Of a stretch of 64,000 nt of DNA, positions 50,060 through 62,722 are shown one piece after another. Positions within the stretch are counted from its first letter, which is position 1. The number at the start of each line of letters is the position of its first letter. The translations under genes and the position numbers were made by a program. The stretch is from Carcharhinus longimanus (Eukaryota), in contig JASCQW010000072.1 in the NCBI GenBank assembly GCA_030264375.1, forward strand, positions 15,439,581 through 15,503,580. Reading direction: 5' to 3'. The notes below the pieces were generated by a model. It was not told where the DNA came from, searched no databases, and was given only the letters and a program-made list of their open reading frames with translations.

Positions 50060-50342
50060 TTGAGCTCTGTAAGAGTTTTTTGTACTTCACTGAGATCACT
50101 TGAGTTCTTCTAAACTCCAGAGAATTTAAGCCCGGTTTCCTCAGTCTCTCCTCAGAAGACAATCTCTCCTCAAAAGCTATTTCAGAGATCAGTCTGTTTT
50201 TTGCAGTTCCTCTTAGGCAAGTATATCTTTGCGAAACTATACACAATACTGCAAGTGCAGTCTCACCAAGGCTCTAAGTAATTGCAGCTAGACCTCTTTA
50301 CTGTGTACCCCCAACATACTATTTGCCTTCTTAATTGCTTGC
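50060..50342 (-). mobile_element. CR1 3' RT fragment
   Basis: RALVRLHLQYCV* and SSEERLRKPGLNSLEFRR on the minus strand. Confidence 0.75.
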
Positions 50343-50344
50343 AC

Positions 50345-51010
50345 AACAGCAACTTGTATTTCTACAAGTATTGCCTTTAATGTAACAAAATAGTAAAACA
50401 TCTCCAGGCACCTCATAAGGAGCACATCTTAAAACAAATTTGACACAAAAAGCCATTTGAGATATTAGAGTATATAACAGATGTAGATTTTAAGGAATGC
50501 TTTGAAGGAAAAAGATAGAGGTTTAGGAAGAGAATTTTAGTCCTGGCAGCTGTAAGTATGGTCGCCACTAGCAATATGATTAAATTTGGATGCTGAAGAG
50601 ACCAGAATTGGAGCACAGATATTTCAGAGTTGACTGGCTAGAGGAAATACAGAGAGATGCAGTGGGGGGAAGCCATGGGGAGAATTCTCTGGGCTCCCTG
50701 TGACATATTTCTTGGAGTGGGAGGTGGCGCGCTGTTCCCCAGTGGTGGGGTCGTCTGGTCCCGCTGATCTGAGATGGGATTTCCCATTGACTGCACCCCA
50801 CAACACCAGGAAACCTGTGGTGTGGGTGTGCTGTCAACGACACTAGAAGATTTCGCCTGCTGGAAAATTCCGGCCAAGCTCAAGAATGTTCATCTTGGGT
50901 GGAAACCATTGTAGATCAGTGAATAGAGGGAAGATTGATGGACTGGAGTTGTCGTGCAGAATTGATTATAAACAGCAGGATTTTGGACGGCCTCAAATTT
51001 GCAAAATGTA
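50345..51010 (-). mobile_element. L2 3' fragment interrupted by a MITE (50677-50875)
   Basis: ACAACAGCAACTTGTATTT tail, ATTTGACAC and TTTAAGGAATGCTTTGAAGG L2-like blocks. The insert has TIR-like ends GGGGAGAATTCTC / GAAAATTCCGGCC. Confidence 0.65.
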
Positions 51011-51416
51011 GAAACTGACTGACATCTAACTGAAATATTAAACGTGCGACTGGTGCATGGAAGGTGCTCAGCCTGAACAGGAACAGTGAAAAGTGCCTTA
51101 TTGTTGCTCGCTTGTGTTTTTTCTCTTGCCTCTGGACCAAGTATTTTCACTTCACTGCATAACTGACATTTTTTGCTATGAGCGACTTTGTATTTTCTGG
51201 TGTTCAGTTGCAAACTTGCAATAATGTATCCTGAAGCATCAATTTAAAACCTGGTCCTTAATCTGCATGCTAACCCATCCAAGCAAATCCTATAAAATAA
51301 AGATAGATGGATCCATACAGGCCATAGAGTATGGTGAACTGTTTGTATTTTAATTATGTAAACTGTAGGGGTGATTATTAATGCTCTTGAAATTGTGCTA
51401 TTTGGTTTTTTTTTCA

Positions 51417-51746
51417 TTAGTGTCACTGCTGCCTTGCAGTGCCAGGATCCTGGGTTCAGTTTGGGCCTTGGGTGACTCTGTTTGTGGAGTTTGCATGTTC
51501 TCTCCATGTCTGCATGGGTTTCCTTCCATAGTCCAAAGATGTGCAGGTTATGTGGATTGGACATGCTAAATTTGCCTCTTATTGTTCCAAGATGTGTAGG
51601 TTAGTTGGACTCGCCATGGTAAATGCATGGGGTGAAGGGGGTAGGGTGACAGAATGGGCATGGGTAAGATGCTCTTTTGGAGAGTTGGTGCAGACTCAAT
51701 GGGCAGAATAGCCTCCTTCTGAATTATAGGGATTCTACAATTCTAC
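51417..51746 (+). mobile_element. HE1-type V-SINE (5' end slightly truncated)
   Basis: CACTGCTGCC..GGGTTCAGTT, V-domain TGGAGTTTGCATGTTCTC, and tail GGGATTCTACAATTCTA. Confidence 0.88.
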
Positions 51747-53648
51747 ATTGAGAGAAACTGGAAGTGTCTTTTTAAGTAGACATCATCATTCAATTTTTTT
51801 CAAAACAAACATTTGCGACCTGGCTTCATGTCTTAGGATGATATTGCCAAGGGCTGTATGATCACAAGATTTTAATAAGTCGTTCTACTGTGATCTAACT
51901 GAGCAGCTATATGTTATTGGCAGATTCTATCTGTACAGTGCTTCTGCTCCTTGGTAAGTTGCAATATAGAGGGAAAGGCTAACAATGGAAACCTAATGGT
52001 TCTATTTTAATACAGATTTCTAGTTTTCTTACAGTTTATTTCCCTTCCCTGCACTTGACTTAGTATTTCCTACAGTCTTTGCTCTACATGAAGTTACGTA
52101 TGCAGTGTTCCCATTTTGTTAGTTTCTTGAGGTAACTGCTTTGATACAACAATCACTCTCGTTATGTTTTACAGCTGGTAGGGAGGAGGGGGGGAATTTC
52201 TTGCAAATGTTACATTCTTGTACTGAGGTCTGTCTCACAACACCGCCTCTGATCAGTGTGTGCTATTTACTGGTTCGTTATATGGCAGTACTGAAGCATA
52301 ACTCTTGTAGGACCTAAGTGTGCAATGATGGTTAAAATAAAAAGGCTGCAATATTTGAGCAAAAGAACAGTCAGCTACAATAGTGGAACATTGCAGTATT
52401 TTGATCATCATCTCTTGATATGGAGCAGAGATGGTTGAAATTGTATGGCGTATTCAAGCAGTTCTGAGCATTGTCATCATTGGATTACGAACATATGCGG
52501 GCTACAGTAATCGTTAAATTTTTATGTTGGTGTTATCGATTGGCTGATTTGTAGCATCTAGGATTTTCTGTGCGAAGCTTGTACCTTATCATTATTTGGC
52601 CTTTTAAAATGATGGGGCTTGTGGGAATGTGGAGTACTCCAAGTGAAACATTAAATAAGTGGAACACAGTATAAAGTGGCATAATCTTTTGGGATAATCT
52701 TTTGTTTAAAGATATCCATTTTTTAAAAGTAAATGATGCTCGTGCAGAGAACATTACAATTTCCTGGTGGAAGTAGCCTCACTCTACCTCACTTGGCCAT
52801 GACACCTCATTTAAACTTCCAAATTTATCATCCATGTGAAGTGGAAACGCTTTATCGTTTTGCTAAGCTAGGGAATGGACACTATAAATTCTTTAAAAAC
52901 TGCTGCCTTCCTAGTAACGTGTAACTCGCCACGTGGGGGGAGAATCAGTGCATCACTCCTGCCTTTTCTCAGGTTAGTCCTAATATAGAAATGCAACAAT
53001 GCATTAATGAACAGCTCAACTGTTAATCCTGAGTGATCTTCACAGGCTGGTCAGATTCTGTGCAGTCTGACAGGCTGTGTGTTCATGTTTTAAACAGTGG
53101 AGTCTTGCTGCTCCTCTTGGCAGTCTGCTCAGGTTTGTATTACCAATAGTTAAACTCAACTGAGCCTACACCTTCACAGATATGAACGTATTTGAGTGCA
53201 CATGCTTTTCCACTGGACCCAATTTTGTTTTCCACAGAGTCTAAGCTTTAAATTCCATTTTTGTAATTGGCATTGTTACAGTTTTCAGGGTGCGTCAGAT
53301 TTAGTGTCAAGGAATATACTCTCTTTGTAAGGATCAAAGTGCGACATTATGCACATGCAATTTCTGAAACTGTAGCATTGCCCAGGGTTGAAAAGTACGC
53401 CCTTGTCAGTGTAATTTGCTGATTAGAAATAATGTGTTTCAATGATGGAAAAATACATCAAACTAACATCTCTGGTTTACATAAATGAAGATCAATAGAT
53501 TGCACGAGGTTACTATATTTTAACTTGAAGTTTCTTGGCTCACAAATAATGGGAAAAAAACATTTTACTCGCTATCCTAGTGACTGTGATTGTAGATCAG
53601 TTTAGAAAAGGCTAAATTAATCCTTGAATTTGTCTTCACAGGCTTCAT

Positions 53649-54311
53649 GGGCATGAGTTTTTCTGATAGCTGGGAGCTTTGTGTGAGGAGGGGGTTGGGT
53701 TGGTGGATGGATGGATGGAGTCTAAATATGCCGGGGAAGCTGGGTTCAGAGTGCTTGGGGGCCCTTGCACAGGGTGTCCCCATCCACTGAACTGAGAGAT
53801 TAACCATCCCCTCCCACAACGGACATTGGACCCTCCTGATAAGTCCCTTTGCTGACACCCACCCATGATGGCAAACTCTCTTGATAACCGTCCCCTGCAT
53901 TATCACCCCCCCCCTTGTCATAGCACCACACCTTGGCACACTTATGGTGCCAGTTGGGCATTGCCAGGCTGACACTGCTGAGTGGGCACTGCAAGGCTCT
54001 GCCCCCAACCACCCGGAAGCTTCAGTATGTCCCCCAGCATGGCCATGGTGTATAGCTGTAGTGATTCAGTGATTCTCATTGGTGTGATGTTATACTGGCA
54101 AGGGGTGGGGTGGGGTGGGGGGGAGGGGAGGAGAGGGGGCAGAAGCTGTGCGGGGAGCAGGCAAGCGATATCAATTTGGATCACTTCTATGTAATCTTGC
54201 TGGCAAAACAAGGCTGGAAGATACAAAACCAATTCTTGCCTGGTGCAATTTGTTTTTTTTTCCTCCATGCCTGCTACATTCCCAGTACAGTGAGCCAGTA
54301 GGATTGCGCCC
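53649..54311. mobile_element. GC-rich non-autonomous DNA-transposon-like element
   Basis: Ends GTAGGATTGCGCCC; GGCACTGCC/GGCAGTGCC-type internal repeats like those in 17528-18121. Confidence 0.5.
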
Positions 54312-55299
54312 CAAGAAGTTAAACAGATGCTTACCATAATGTTTCATTACTGATGTTTTTAAGACTGACCTCGGAAAGAAAATAGTGAAGTAATTCAATA
54401 TTTACCTTTTTTATAGAAGCAATACTCTGCAAGCTTGATCCGATAGTAAAATCCCTAACAATAGTGAAATAGCATGAGGGTAATGCAAAATGTTAATGTT
54501 TTAGATGTGACAAATTAACTGAAACTTAGGCAGAAGACAAAGAAAAATAGAATTCTGAATAACCCGTGTCATTCCTGTATAATGAGCTCACAATGAAGAA
54601 TTATTTCATATTCTACGTCTAGTAGATTCTGTTAGTTGGGAGACTCGTTGGGTAAATAATTTTGCAGACCAAGCATATCCATGGCATTTGATCTATTGAG
54701 GCAATTTGTATCCACCAAAAATTGAAGCAGTTTTGTCAGTAATGTTTATTTGCTACTTGAAGCAAATTTTGAAGCATTTATTTGCTACTTGAAGCACATT
54801 TTGGTGCCGCCCAGCAAATTACATTTGTATGTGTGAATGCACTTAGCATTGATCCCAAACCTATTGCAGGTCCTATTGTAAAGTACATTCCCTAAACCAC
54901 CCAAAGGAAGTTGAAGGTGAAAATCTCTCCTTTCTTCAATACTTGCAATGAAATATTTCTTTTGTTTGGCACAAGGTAGCATAAGCAGGACACAGGAGAT
55001 TTGTGCTGTCAGAACAGACTCTACCCTTTGAATCAATTATATTATTAATCTGTCATCTTCAGCTCATACATTGTGTGCACTAAATGATTTTGCACCAAAA
55101 GTGATGCACTGATTGATTATTGATTACAGCTTTGCTATAAGTTCCTGGGAAGTTGTTGATTGATTATTTGACTTGGTTTGTGCAGATAAAATTGAACACA
55201 TTTCACTGAATGAAACTGTATATAAAAACTGTTGATATATGTGAAACCTTAAGGATATTTTTTCTAGCCTATGTAACTTTTGATCAGAATAATGGTCCA

Positions 55300-55800
55300 T
55301 ATTTTTCAGTGGTGGAGAAATGACATTTGCCATTCATTATGCTTGTAACCTTCTGCAAATACTTTCATGGACTTCTGAGCAGCAATGCAGTCATCAGGAG
55401 TCTGAAAACATACAGAAAGCAAGACAGCTAAAGAGAAAAATGAGATTAATAGGGAGAGAGGAGAAAGGAAAAGCAAAGAAAATATCAAATATTTTTAAAA
55501 TATCCATCAATATCTGAAGGAATGAGGCTCCACATTTAAAGTAGATTTCTAGTGACAGATATTGTTTATAAGTAATTAAGTTTTACCACATTAAAAATTC
55601 ACAGACACTGAAGGGACAGTTCTCTAACATTTGCAGTTTGTTAGGTGATAATCTAGTGGCTGCGTACAGAAATGACACTTAATATGTTTCAATTTTGAGC
55701 TTCTCAGTGGCATACCCATACACTGGAGCTTGTGGAAGAGCAGGGCAAATTGGACAGCAACTCCAGAAGTTAAACATCAGGCATAGCAACATCTAGCAGA
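55300..55800 (+). repeat. Ancient unclassified interspersed repeat, copy 3
   Basis: AATATCTGAAGGAATGAGGCTCCACA...AAGTAATTAAG...TTAAAAATTCAC, collinear with 21780-22150. Confidence 0.5.
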
Positions 55801-57429
55801 GGTTTAAGTAAATTATTCCTTAGCTAGTAGTAATCATCTTAAGCTGTCTGTCCAGTACCACTGCAAGCCAACCATCAGACAGAAGAAAATCCCACAACTT
55901 ATCACCTAATATCACAACATTAGAAGATTTTACTTCAGAGATATTCTAACACTTAAACTGCCAAGTAAATTTAACGTTGAATATCTGTTGAATAGTTTGT
56001 TTGCAATTATTTTCATGTGTTTTATATAATTATAACAATTTGAAAGTAATACAGAAGTTATAATATGGGGATGCCTCTTATGAAGCCTTGTGTTTCTTTG
56101 GGTGAAGCCACGTAACACATGGTTTTTTCCCAAAATACTGGAGGAGGAAAGGGAGGGGGAATGGGGAAAGAAAAGTGGATCTCCTCGTTCTGTTTGCCAG
56201 AACTGCTGCAGTGCGTTCAGCAAGAAATCCCTCATTATTTTGTCTTCCTTTGCCAGCATCCTGACCTAAATTTCTTACTGAAAACAGGTATAACTTTGAC
56301 ATCTTTTCCACTTGACCAGGGCTGACCTTGACATGTGCGTAATGTTACACCTAACTCTCATTTTTTCTGCTGCTTACGATTGAGACACTCATGTCCCTAA
56401 TGAGAAAACATTTGAATAAAAAAAAGACCAGTATTTAAAGGCAACAATCTACCTTATTGCAATATCAACCCTGCTCTGAAAATAAATAAAAATATTCTAT
56501 CCATGTTTGTTTTACTTATAAAAACAATCTGCTAAAAAAACAATGGAGTTGTACCTAATGAAGATATGCTGAGCCACTATATTATGCATGTATTGACATG
56601 GTGCAATTTTCTGGCAATAGGGTACAAATACCCTGATGCCATAAATATACTTAGTGGGCCAGATGAGGATATTGTACTTCTACTGGCAGAGTGTGGAACC
56701 CAAAAGGCAGGTCTGTGCTCTGTGGAGGCCAGAAAGTATATATTTGCCATTGCAAACACCTGAACAAGACTAATGCCTGAATAAAAAAATGCACATTTAG
56801 TTTGTTTTTTTTATATTAGGCGCAGGAAGGCTGTCTTAATCAGATAGATGTGACTGGTACTTTTTTTTCTGCTGGCACATCATTTTATAGCTTGTCTTTA
56901 TTTGTAAATCAATGTAACATTTGGACGTAAACTATAAATTAAAACAAAGCGTAAACAATTTATCCTGTACATGAACATCTTAAATGATTTTTATTCAGAG
57001 TCGAAACAATAGAAATCCTTCAAAGGGATATAGCTCAAGTTTGTTAATGATGTTCTTGGAAGAGTCCTTGAACCTTGATGCCATTTGATGTTTTTCTGAC
57101 ACCTGTATTGGAGACAGTATGGATCAGCAAAGAACTAAAGACAGTGTCTCACTTGTATATTTTGACAGATACTGCTTCTTGGTAAAGTGGAGGCTTTTTA
57201 GTGCTCTAACTTGAGCTACATCAGAGAAACCTCCCAACAAATTGCTTGTGCATTCATACTACCCAACTACAGAAATGGTTTTGCTTCGCCTATGCTGCAA
57301 TTATAGTGTAAGTGCCAATTGAATCTGAGGTCGGGTCCAGATCTGACACTGAATAAGGCAGTCTCATTGTGTTGCGCTTGGATCATTTTGTACCTTGATA
57401 CCTGATTTACACTACTGTAGTGTCTTTGT

Positions 57430-57685
57430 GAATTTGTATCATTTTAGACAGATGCTGAATTTGCAGTGTGAATCCAATCTTTTTGTTTGGCAGTCATAGC
57501 TCAGCCTTTTGGGCCTCGACTCCCAGCACTTGCCTGCATCTCCATCCCTCCATTCCTCTTTTGAGCCTTCATAAAACACATCTCTTTGAACGAACCAACC
57601 TGGTCTCTGCTCCTTTGGCACAGCATCTTATTGCGCTCTTTTCTGTGTTAAAGACATTACAAAAATGTGAGTTTTTGTTGGTTTG
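57430..57685 (+). mobile_element. L2 3' tail fragment
   Basis: CTTCATAAAACACATCTCTTTGA and GTTAAAGACATTACAAAAATGTGAGTTTTTGTTG resemble an L2 terminus. Confidence 0.55.
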
Positions 57686-57726
57686 AGTCTTTTTAATAAT
57701 TTTAATATACTAAAATGAGGATTCGT

Positions 57727-59870
57727 TAGAAGCATAGAGCCATTTATGGCACAGGAAAATGCCATTCGGCCCATTGAGTGTATGCCAGCTCTCCTTGCAG
57801 CATTCCGGTCACATTCATTCTCCCACTCTATTCCTGTAGCCTTGCAAGTTTATTTCCCTCAGGTGCCTATTTGACATCCATTTGATCATCTCTACCTCTA
57901 CCACTTTCATGGGCAGCAGGTTGCTGGTTATTATCACTTGCTGCATAAAACGAGTTCTTTCTTGCCTTTCCCTGCACCTTTTGCCCAGAACCATAAGTCT
58001 GTGTCTTCTAGTCCTCTACCAACAGCATATTGGAACAGTTTTTCCTTGTCTGCCTTATCCAAACCTGCCATGATCTTGTACGGATTGATCAAATCTCCCC
58101 ATATTTTCATGTGCTCCTTGAAGAACACCCCAGTATAATCCAGCTAAAATCCCCTATCCCTGGAACCATTCAGGTAAAGCTCCTTTGCAGGCTGTCAAGA
58201 CACAAAAGTGTAGTGACCAGAACTGGATGCTATGATTGTGGCCTAACCAGAGCTTTATGAAGGTTCAGTACAATCTCCCTGCTTTTGTACTTGATACCTC
58301 TATTTACAAACCCAAGATCCTTTATGCTTTGCTAACCACGCTGTCTCAATATGTCCTGACATCTTCAAAGATCGATGAACATTCATCCCCCAGCCCTCTC
58401 TGTCTCTGCACACTCTTTACAACTGTACCATTAAATCTGTATTTCCTCTTCCTATCCCTTCTGCCAAAATGTATCACCCACACTTCTCTGTATTAAATTC
58501 CTTCTGACACTTAGCTGCCCATTCTGGTAGTCTGTTGCAGTCAATTAAAATCATTTTCACTGTTTGCCACGCCTGCTAGTTTGTTTGGCATCATTAAATT
58601 TTGAAATTTTACAATGTATTTCAATATCTAAATCATTTATAAATTTATATATCAAAAAAGCAGTGTTTCCTGCATTAACTCTTGGGGAACAGCCTTGTTT
58701 ACCATCCTCCAGTATTAAAAATATCCATTTATCACGATTTGTTGTTTTCTATTCCTTAAGTCAATTTTTAAAATCTAAGTTGACACTAACCTTTCTATTT
58801 CATGAACCAGCTATTCTGCTAACCAGCCTTTTATGGGGTTATTTTGTCAAACACTTTCTTAAAATCCATATTCCATTTTGACAATATTCATTGAATTCAC
58901 TGCACCAATCTTCTCCATTTGTTCACCAAAAATTTTGATTTGATTAGCCAAGCACAATTGTTTATTTCCAAATCTGTACTGGCTATCCTTAATTAACTTA
59001 AACCTCCACAAGTGACTTTGATTTTTCTTCCTAATTAATGTTTCTAAAACCTTGCCCACCACTGATGCTAACCTGACCTATTGCTAGGACTGTCCTTGCA
59101 TTCTTTCTTGTGTAAGGGTGTCAGATGGGCTACACTCCAATCCTCTGTCATCTACTACGTACCCAGGGAAGATTATGGCAAGTGCTTCTGCTATCTCCAT
59201 CCCTGCTTCCTTTAGCAATCTGGAATGCAAGCCATCTGGACCAGGCAGCTTGTCCACCATAAGTAGAGCCAGGCTCTCCAGAACCTCCTGCTCTCAATTT
59301 TCACTAAATCCATTGCTTTCACTGTCTCTGCCTCTACGAGTGTTTTCTCAGGTTCCTCTTCATAGCAAACAGTGATACAAAATACTCTTGAGCGTTCTAT
59401 TCTTACCCTGTGCCCCTTACCCCTATTAGGACCCACTCCATCTTGGATTACCTGGTTACTGTTTGCATGTTGGTAGAAGATTTTTGACTTTTTTTGTATT
59501 GATTACTGTGCTATCCTCATAGCTTCTCTTTGTCAGTCTTGTCTTCCTCTTCACTTCCCCTCTCAACTTATTATGTTTGACCTGATTCTGGCTTGAAGAG
59601 TTCATCTGGCATAAATCATACACAATCTGTTTTTATTTTATCATATTCTGTTTTTGTTTCTTCTTATTCTCCAACATCCAAGGAGCCCGTGGAGCTTTTG
59701 TTGAAATGCACCTAACCTGTACCTAAAGCACCTCTTCCTTAAAGATTAGTGTTGTTTTATTACAGTTTTTCCTCTCAAGCTTTGGTTGCATTTACCCTGA
59801 CTAAATCCTTCTCAGCCCATTAAAATTAGCTCACTTCCAATTTAGACATTCTACTTTAGGTTGTGACGAT
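57727..59870 (-). mobile_element. Decayed CR1 LINE ORF2 with 3' tail
   Basis: Tail TAGAAGCATAGAG..GCCATTCGGCCCATTGAGT; GDLINPYKIMAGLDKADKEKLF; KALVRPQ; VVGKVLETLIR; DKLPGPDGLH. Confidence 0.88.
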
Positions 59871-59889
59871 CCCCATGGAACAAAATCCA

Positions 59890-60104
59890 ATGTTCTCCCC
59901 ATGTCTGCATGGATTTCGTCCAGGTGCTCCGTTTCCTGCCAAAGTCTGAAAGACATGCTGTTTAGGTGGATTGGCCACGCTAAATTCTCCCTCAGTGCAC
60001 CCGAATAGGTGCCGGACTGTGGCAACTAGGGGATTTTCACAATAACTTCATTGCATAATTAATATTAGCCTACTTGTGACACTAATAAATAAACATTAAA
60101 CTTT
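59890..60104 (+). mobile_element. 5'-truncated V-SINE with the alternative tail
   Basis: V-domain plus ACTAGGGGATTTTCACAATAACTTCATTGCA...CTTGTGACACTAATAAATAAAC; same subtype as 41304-41580. Confidence 0.85.
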
Positions 60105-61114
60105 AGCCAATACTTAGTTTTCCTATTCAGACTGCATGGACAGAACAGAGCTCTTCCATGACAGACTTTGTGATATGCTTTTGGACTGATAAAAATGGCT
60201 TTCTTTCTGAAAAGATTTGTTAAAAATGTTGGATTTTGAATCAAGAACTTGCTTTGATATTTTGTATGAAGTTACCTTTGCAATATAAATGAGGCAGTAG
60301 AAATGTCTTCAGAGGCATCTAGTAAAGTGAATGTCTTTAGGTCCCCTGAAGGCACCAAGATGCACTTAGTGAAATGGGTTTCTACAGGTCCTTTGAAAGC
60401 ACAGGCAGCAGCAGTAAATATAAGCCAGCACTACAGGCCATAATTTTGTTGTGATAACAGTTTCCAATGTAAGTGTGTTCTAGGTGCGCATTTCACCAGC
60501 AAGTGAGTGTAAAGTATGTTAGCAGTAGTTTTTTGTATTGTTGAACTGCTTCAAGTGGTCCCAAGTGAACTTGTAAATATGGTCATTAGTATCTATATGT
60601 ATTTTTTGGCTTTTATACTTTTATCAGTTTTGTTTGTTCCTTCCATGTTTCAAGTGAAATTCCTCACGAGTATTGTTCATGAGTTCCTAACTTTATTTCA
60701 GATGACGTTGCATGTTAATCTTTTTTCCCCTCTCATGCGCAGTTGGTTTCTGATTCAGTTTTGTCTGTTAGTTAGATTATAAAAGACAGACAGTTTCTTG
60801 CAAGGTAGGAAGAGAAGCTTCCTCTCTTTATTTCATTGCTTGCTATCAGTTCCAGATGACCGACCCTGCAGTAGGACCTGTGTCAGAGGGAACTGTTTTT
60901 AATGATTGTTTAAATTTCCCTTTATTACTAGTGAAGAGGTTCTGTGATATAGTTCCACAGGCACTTGGAATACTTTGGTATTTTGCTTACAACTAAAATT
61001 TTACCTTAGATTTATTTTAGCATTCTATAAATCACTTTTCATTAAAGAATTGTCTTGGTAGTAGTTTACATACTGAGTGCAAAATTTGCTTCTGCCTTTA
61101 AACTTTTCTTTCAT

Positions 61115-62722
61115 TTTACTGAAAGGAAGCAATAATGTTAAAAAGGCAAAGTTTAGCGCATTTCATCTGAAGGTGCAAATGGAAACAAATTGGTGTGATA
61201 TAATTGCCTTGCAGAGATGTGGTTACAGAGCGACCAGGACTGGGAACTGGATATTCGTCATTTAGGAAGGATAGGTGGAAGGGAAAAGGAGGTAGGGTAG
61301 AACGCTGTTAATAAGGTATTAGAGGGGATCTTAGATTGAAAGATCAAGATGTAGAATCAGTTTGGAAGAACTAATAAACAGCAAGGGGCAATCAATATTG
61401 GTGGGAGTTATTTGCAGGCCACCAAACTAGTGTTAATGTTGGTGACGAGTATGTGAGATTGTAATACAGTAATAATGGGTGATTTTGATTTATGTACAGA
61501 TTGAGTGAACCTAATTGACACAAATGCTGTGGAGGATGACTTCCTGAAATGTGTATGCGATGGGTTTCTGAAGCAGTACACTGCGGAATCAAATGGGGAT
61601 TGGGCTATCTTAGATGTAGTATTATCTAATGAGAAAGGGCCTTGCTCTAAAGGAGCCATTAGGAAATAGTGACCATAATGTGGTAAAGTTTTATTAATAA
61701 GTGATATAGTTCATTCTGAAACTAGGGTCCTAAAGTATAAGAAAAGAAATTATGAAGGGAAGAGGGGCACATTGATTATGATGGATTATGTTAAAAGATT
61801 TAATGTAGACATGCAACAATATTGCATGACCTGCAACAATATACATTCCTCTAAGACACAAAAATGCAACAGGAATGGTGAATCAACCATGGCTGACAAA
61901 AGAAGAGTTAAAGATTGCACAAGATCAAAGGATGTGGTTTATAAGGTTGGCAGAAAAAGTCTTAAGCCCAAGGATTGGGAGCAATTCTGAATCTAGCAAA
62001 GGATGACCAAAAAACTGATCATGGGGAAGGAGAATATGAATGCATGCTAGCAAGTAACATGATAATCTGTAAAAGCTTCTTTAGGTTTGTGAAAAGGGAA
62101 AGATTAGCAAGGACAAATATCGGTGCATTTCAGGTAAAGACTGGAGAATTAATAATAGAAAATAGAGAAAAACGGAAACTAAACAATTACTTTGTGTCTG
62201 TCTTCACTGAGGAAGATACAGAAAATATCCTGGAAATACAAGGAAATTAGGGGACTAGTGGAAATGAGGAACTGAAAGAAATTAGTGTGAATAAAGAGGT
62301 TTTTTTTATGGATTAAAGGTTGATAACTCCACTAGACCATGAGTGTTGAAGGAGGTGGCTTAAGAGATAGTGGATGCACTGGTGGTTATATGTCAAAATT
62401 CTTTAGATTCTTGAAAGGTTCTTGCAGACTGGAAAGTAGGATGTAACCCCAATATTTAAGAAGGGAGGGGAGGAGAAAACTGAGGACTACCAACCTGTTA
62501 GTATGATGTTAGTGGTAGGTAAAATGTTAGAATCTATTATAAAGGATGTGATAACTAGCTATTTGCAAAATAATATGATTGGGCAGAGTCAACGTGGATT
62601 TATGAAAGGGAAATCATGTTGGCAAACCTATTCGGAGTTTTTTGAGCATGTTGCTTGTAGCATAAATAAAAGAGAACCAGTAGATATGATGTATTTGGAT
62701 TTTCTGAAGGCTATCAATAATA
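61115..62722 (+). mobile_element. Decayed CR1 ORF2 (endonuclease to mid-RT), 3'-truncated
   Basis: FRKDR.KGKGGR, VIMGDFD, LGNSDHN, KLNNYFVSVFTEED, VVGKMLESIIKD..QSQRGFMKGKSC and PVDMMYLDFLKA. Confidence 0.9.

Noticed and set aside
54745-54803. 32-bp-period direct repeat (TTTATTTGCTACTTGAAGCA.ATTTTG twice)
   Set aside because: Only two copies and no unique spacers; a simple local duplication, not a CRISPR-like array.
56999-57181. Possible coding exon (TTTTTATTCAG ... TTG|GTAAAG)
   Set aside because: The frames I translated hit stops or gave no recognisable protein; weak donor.
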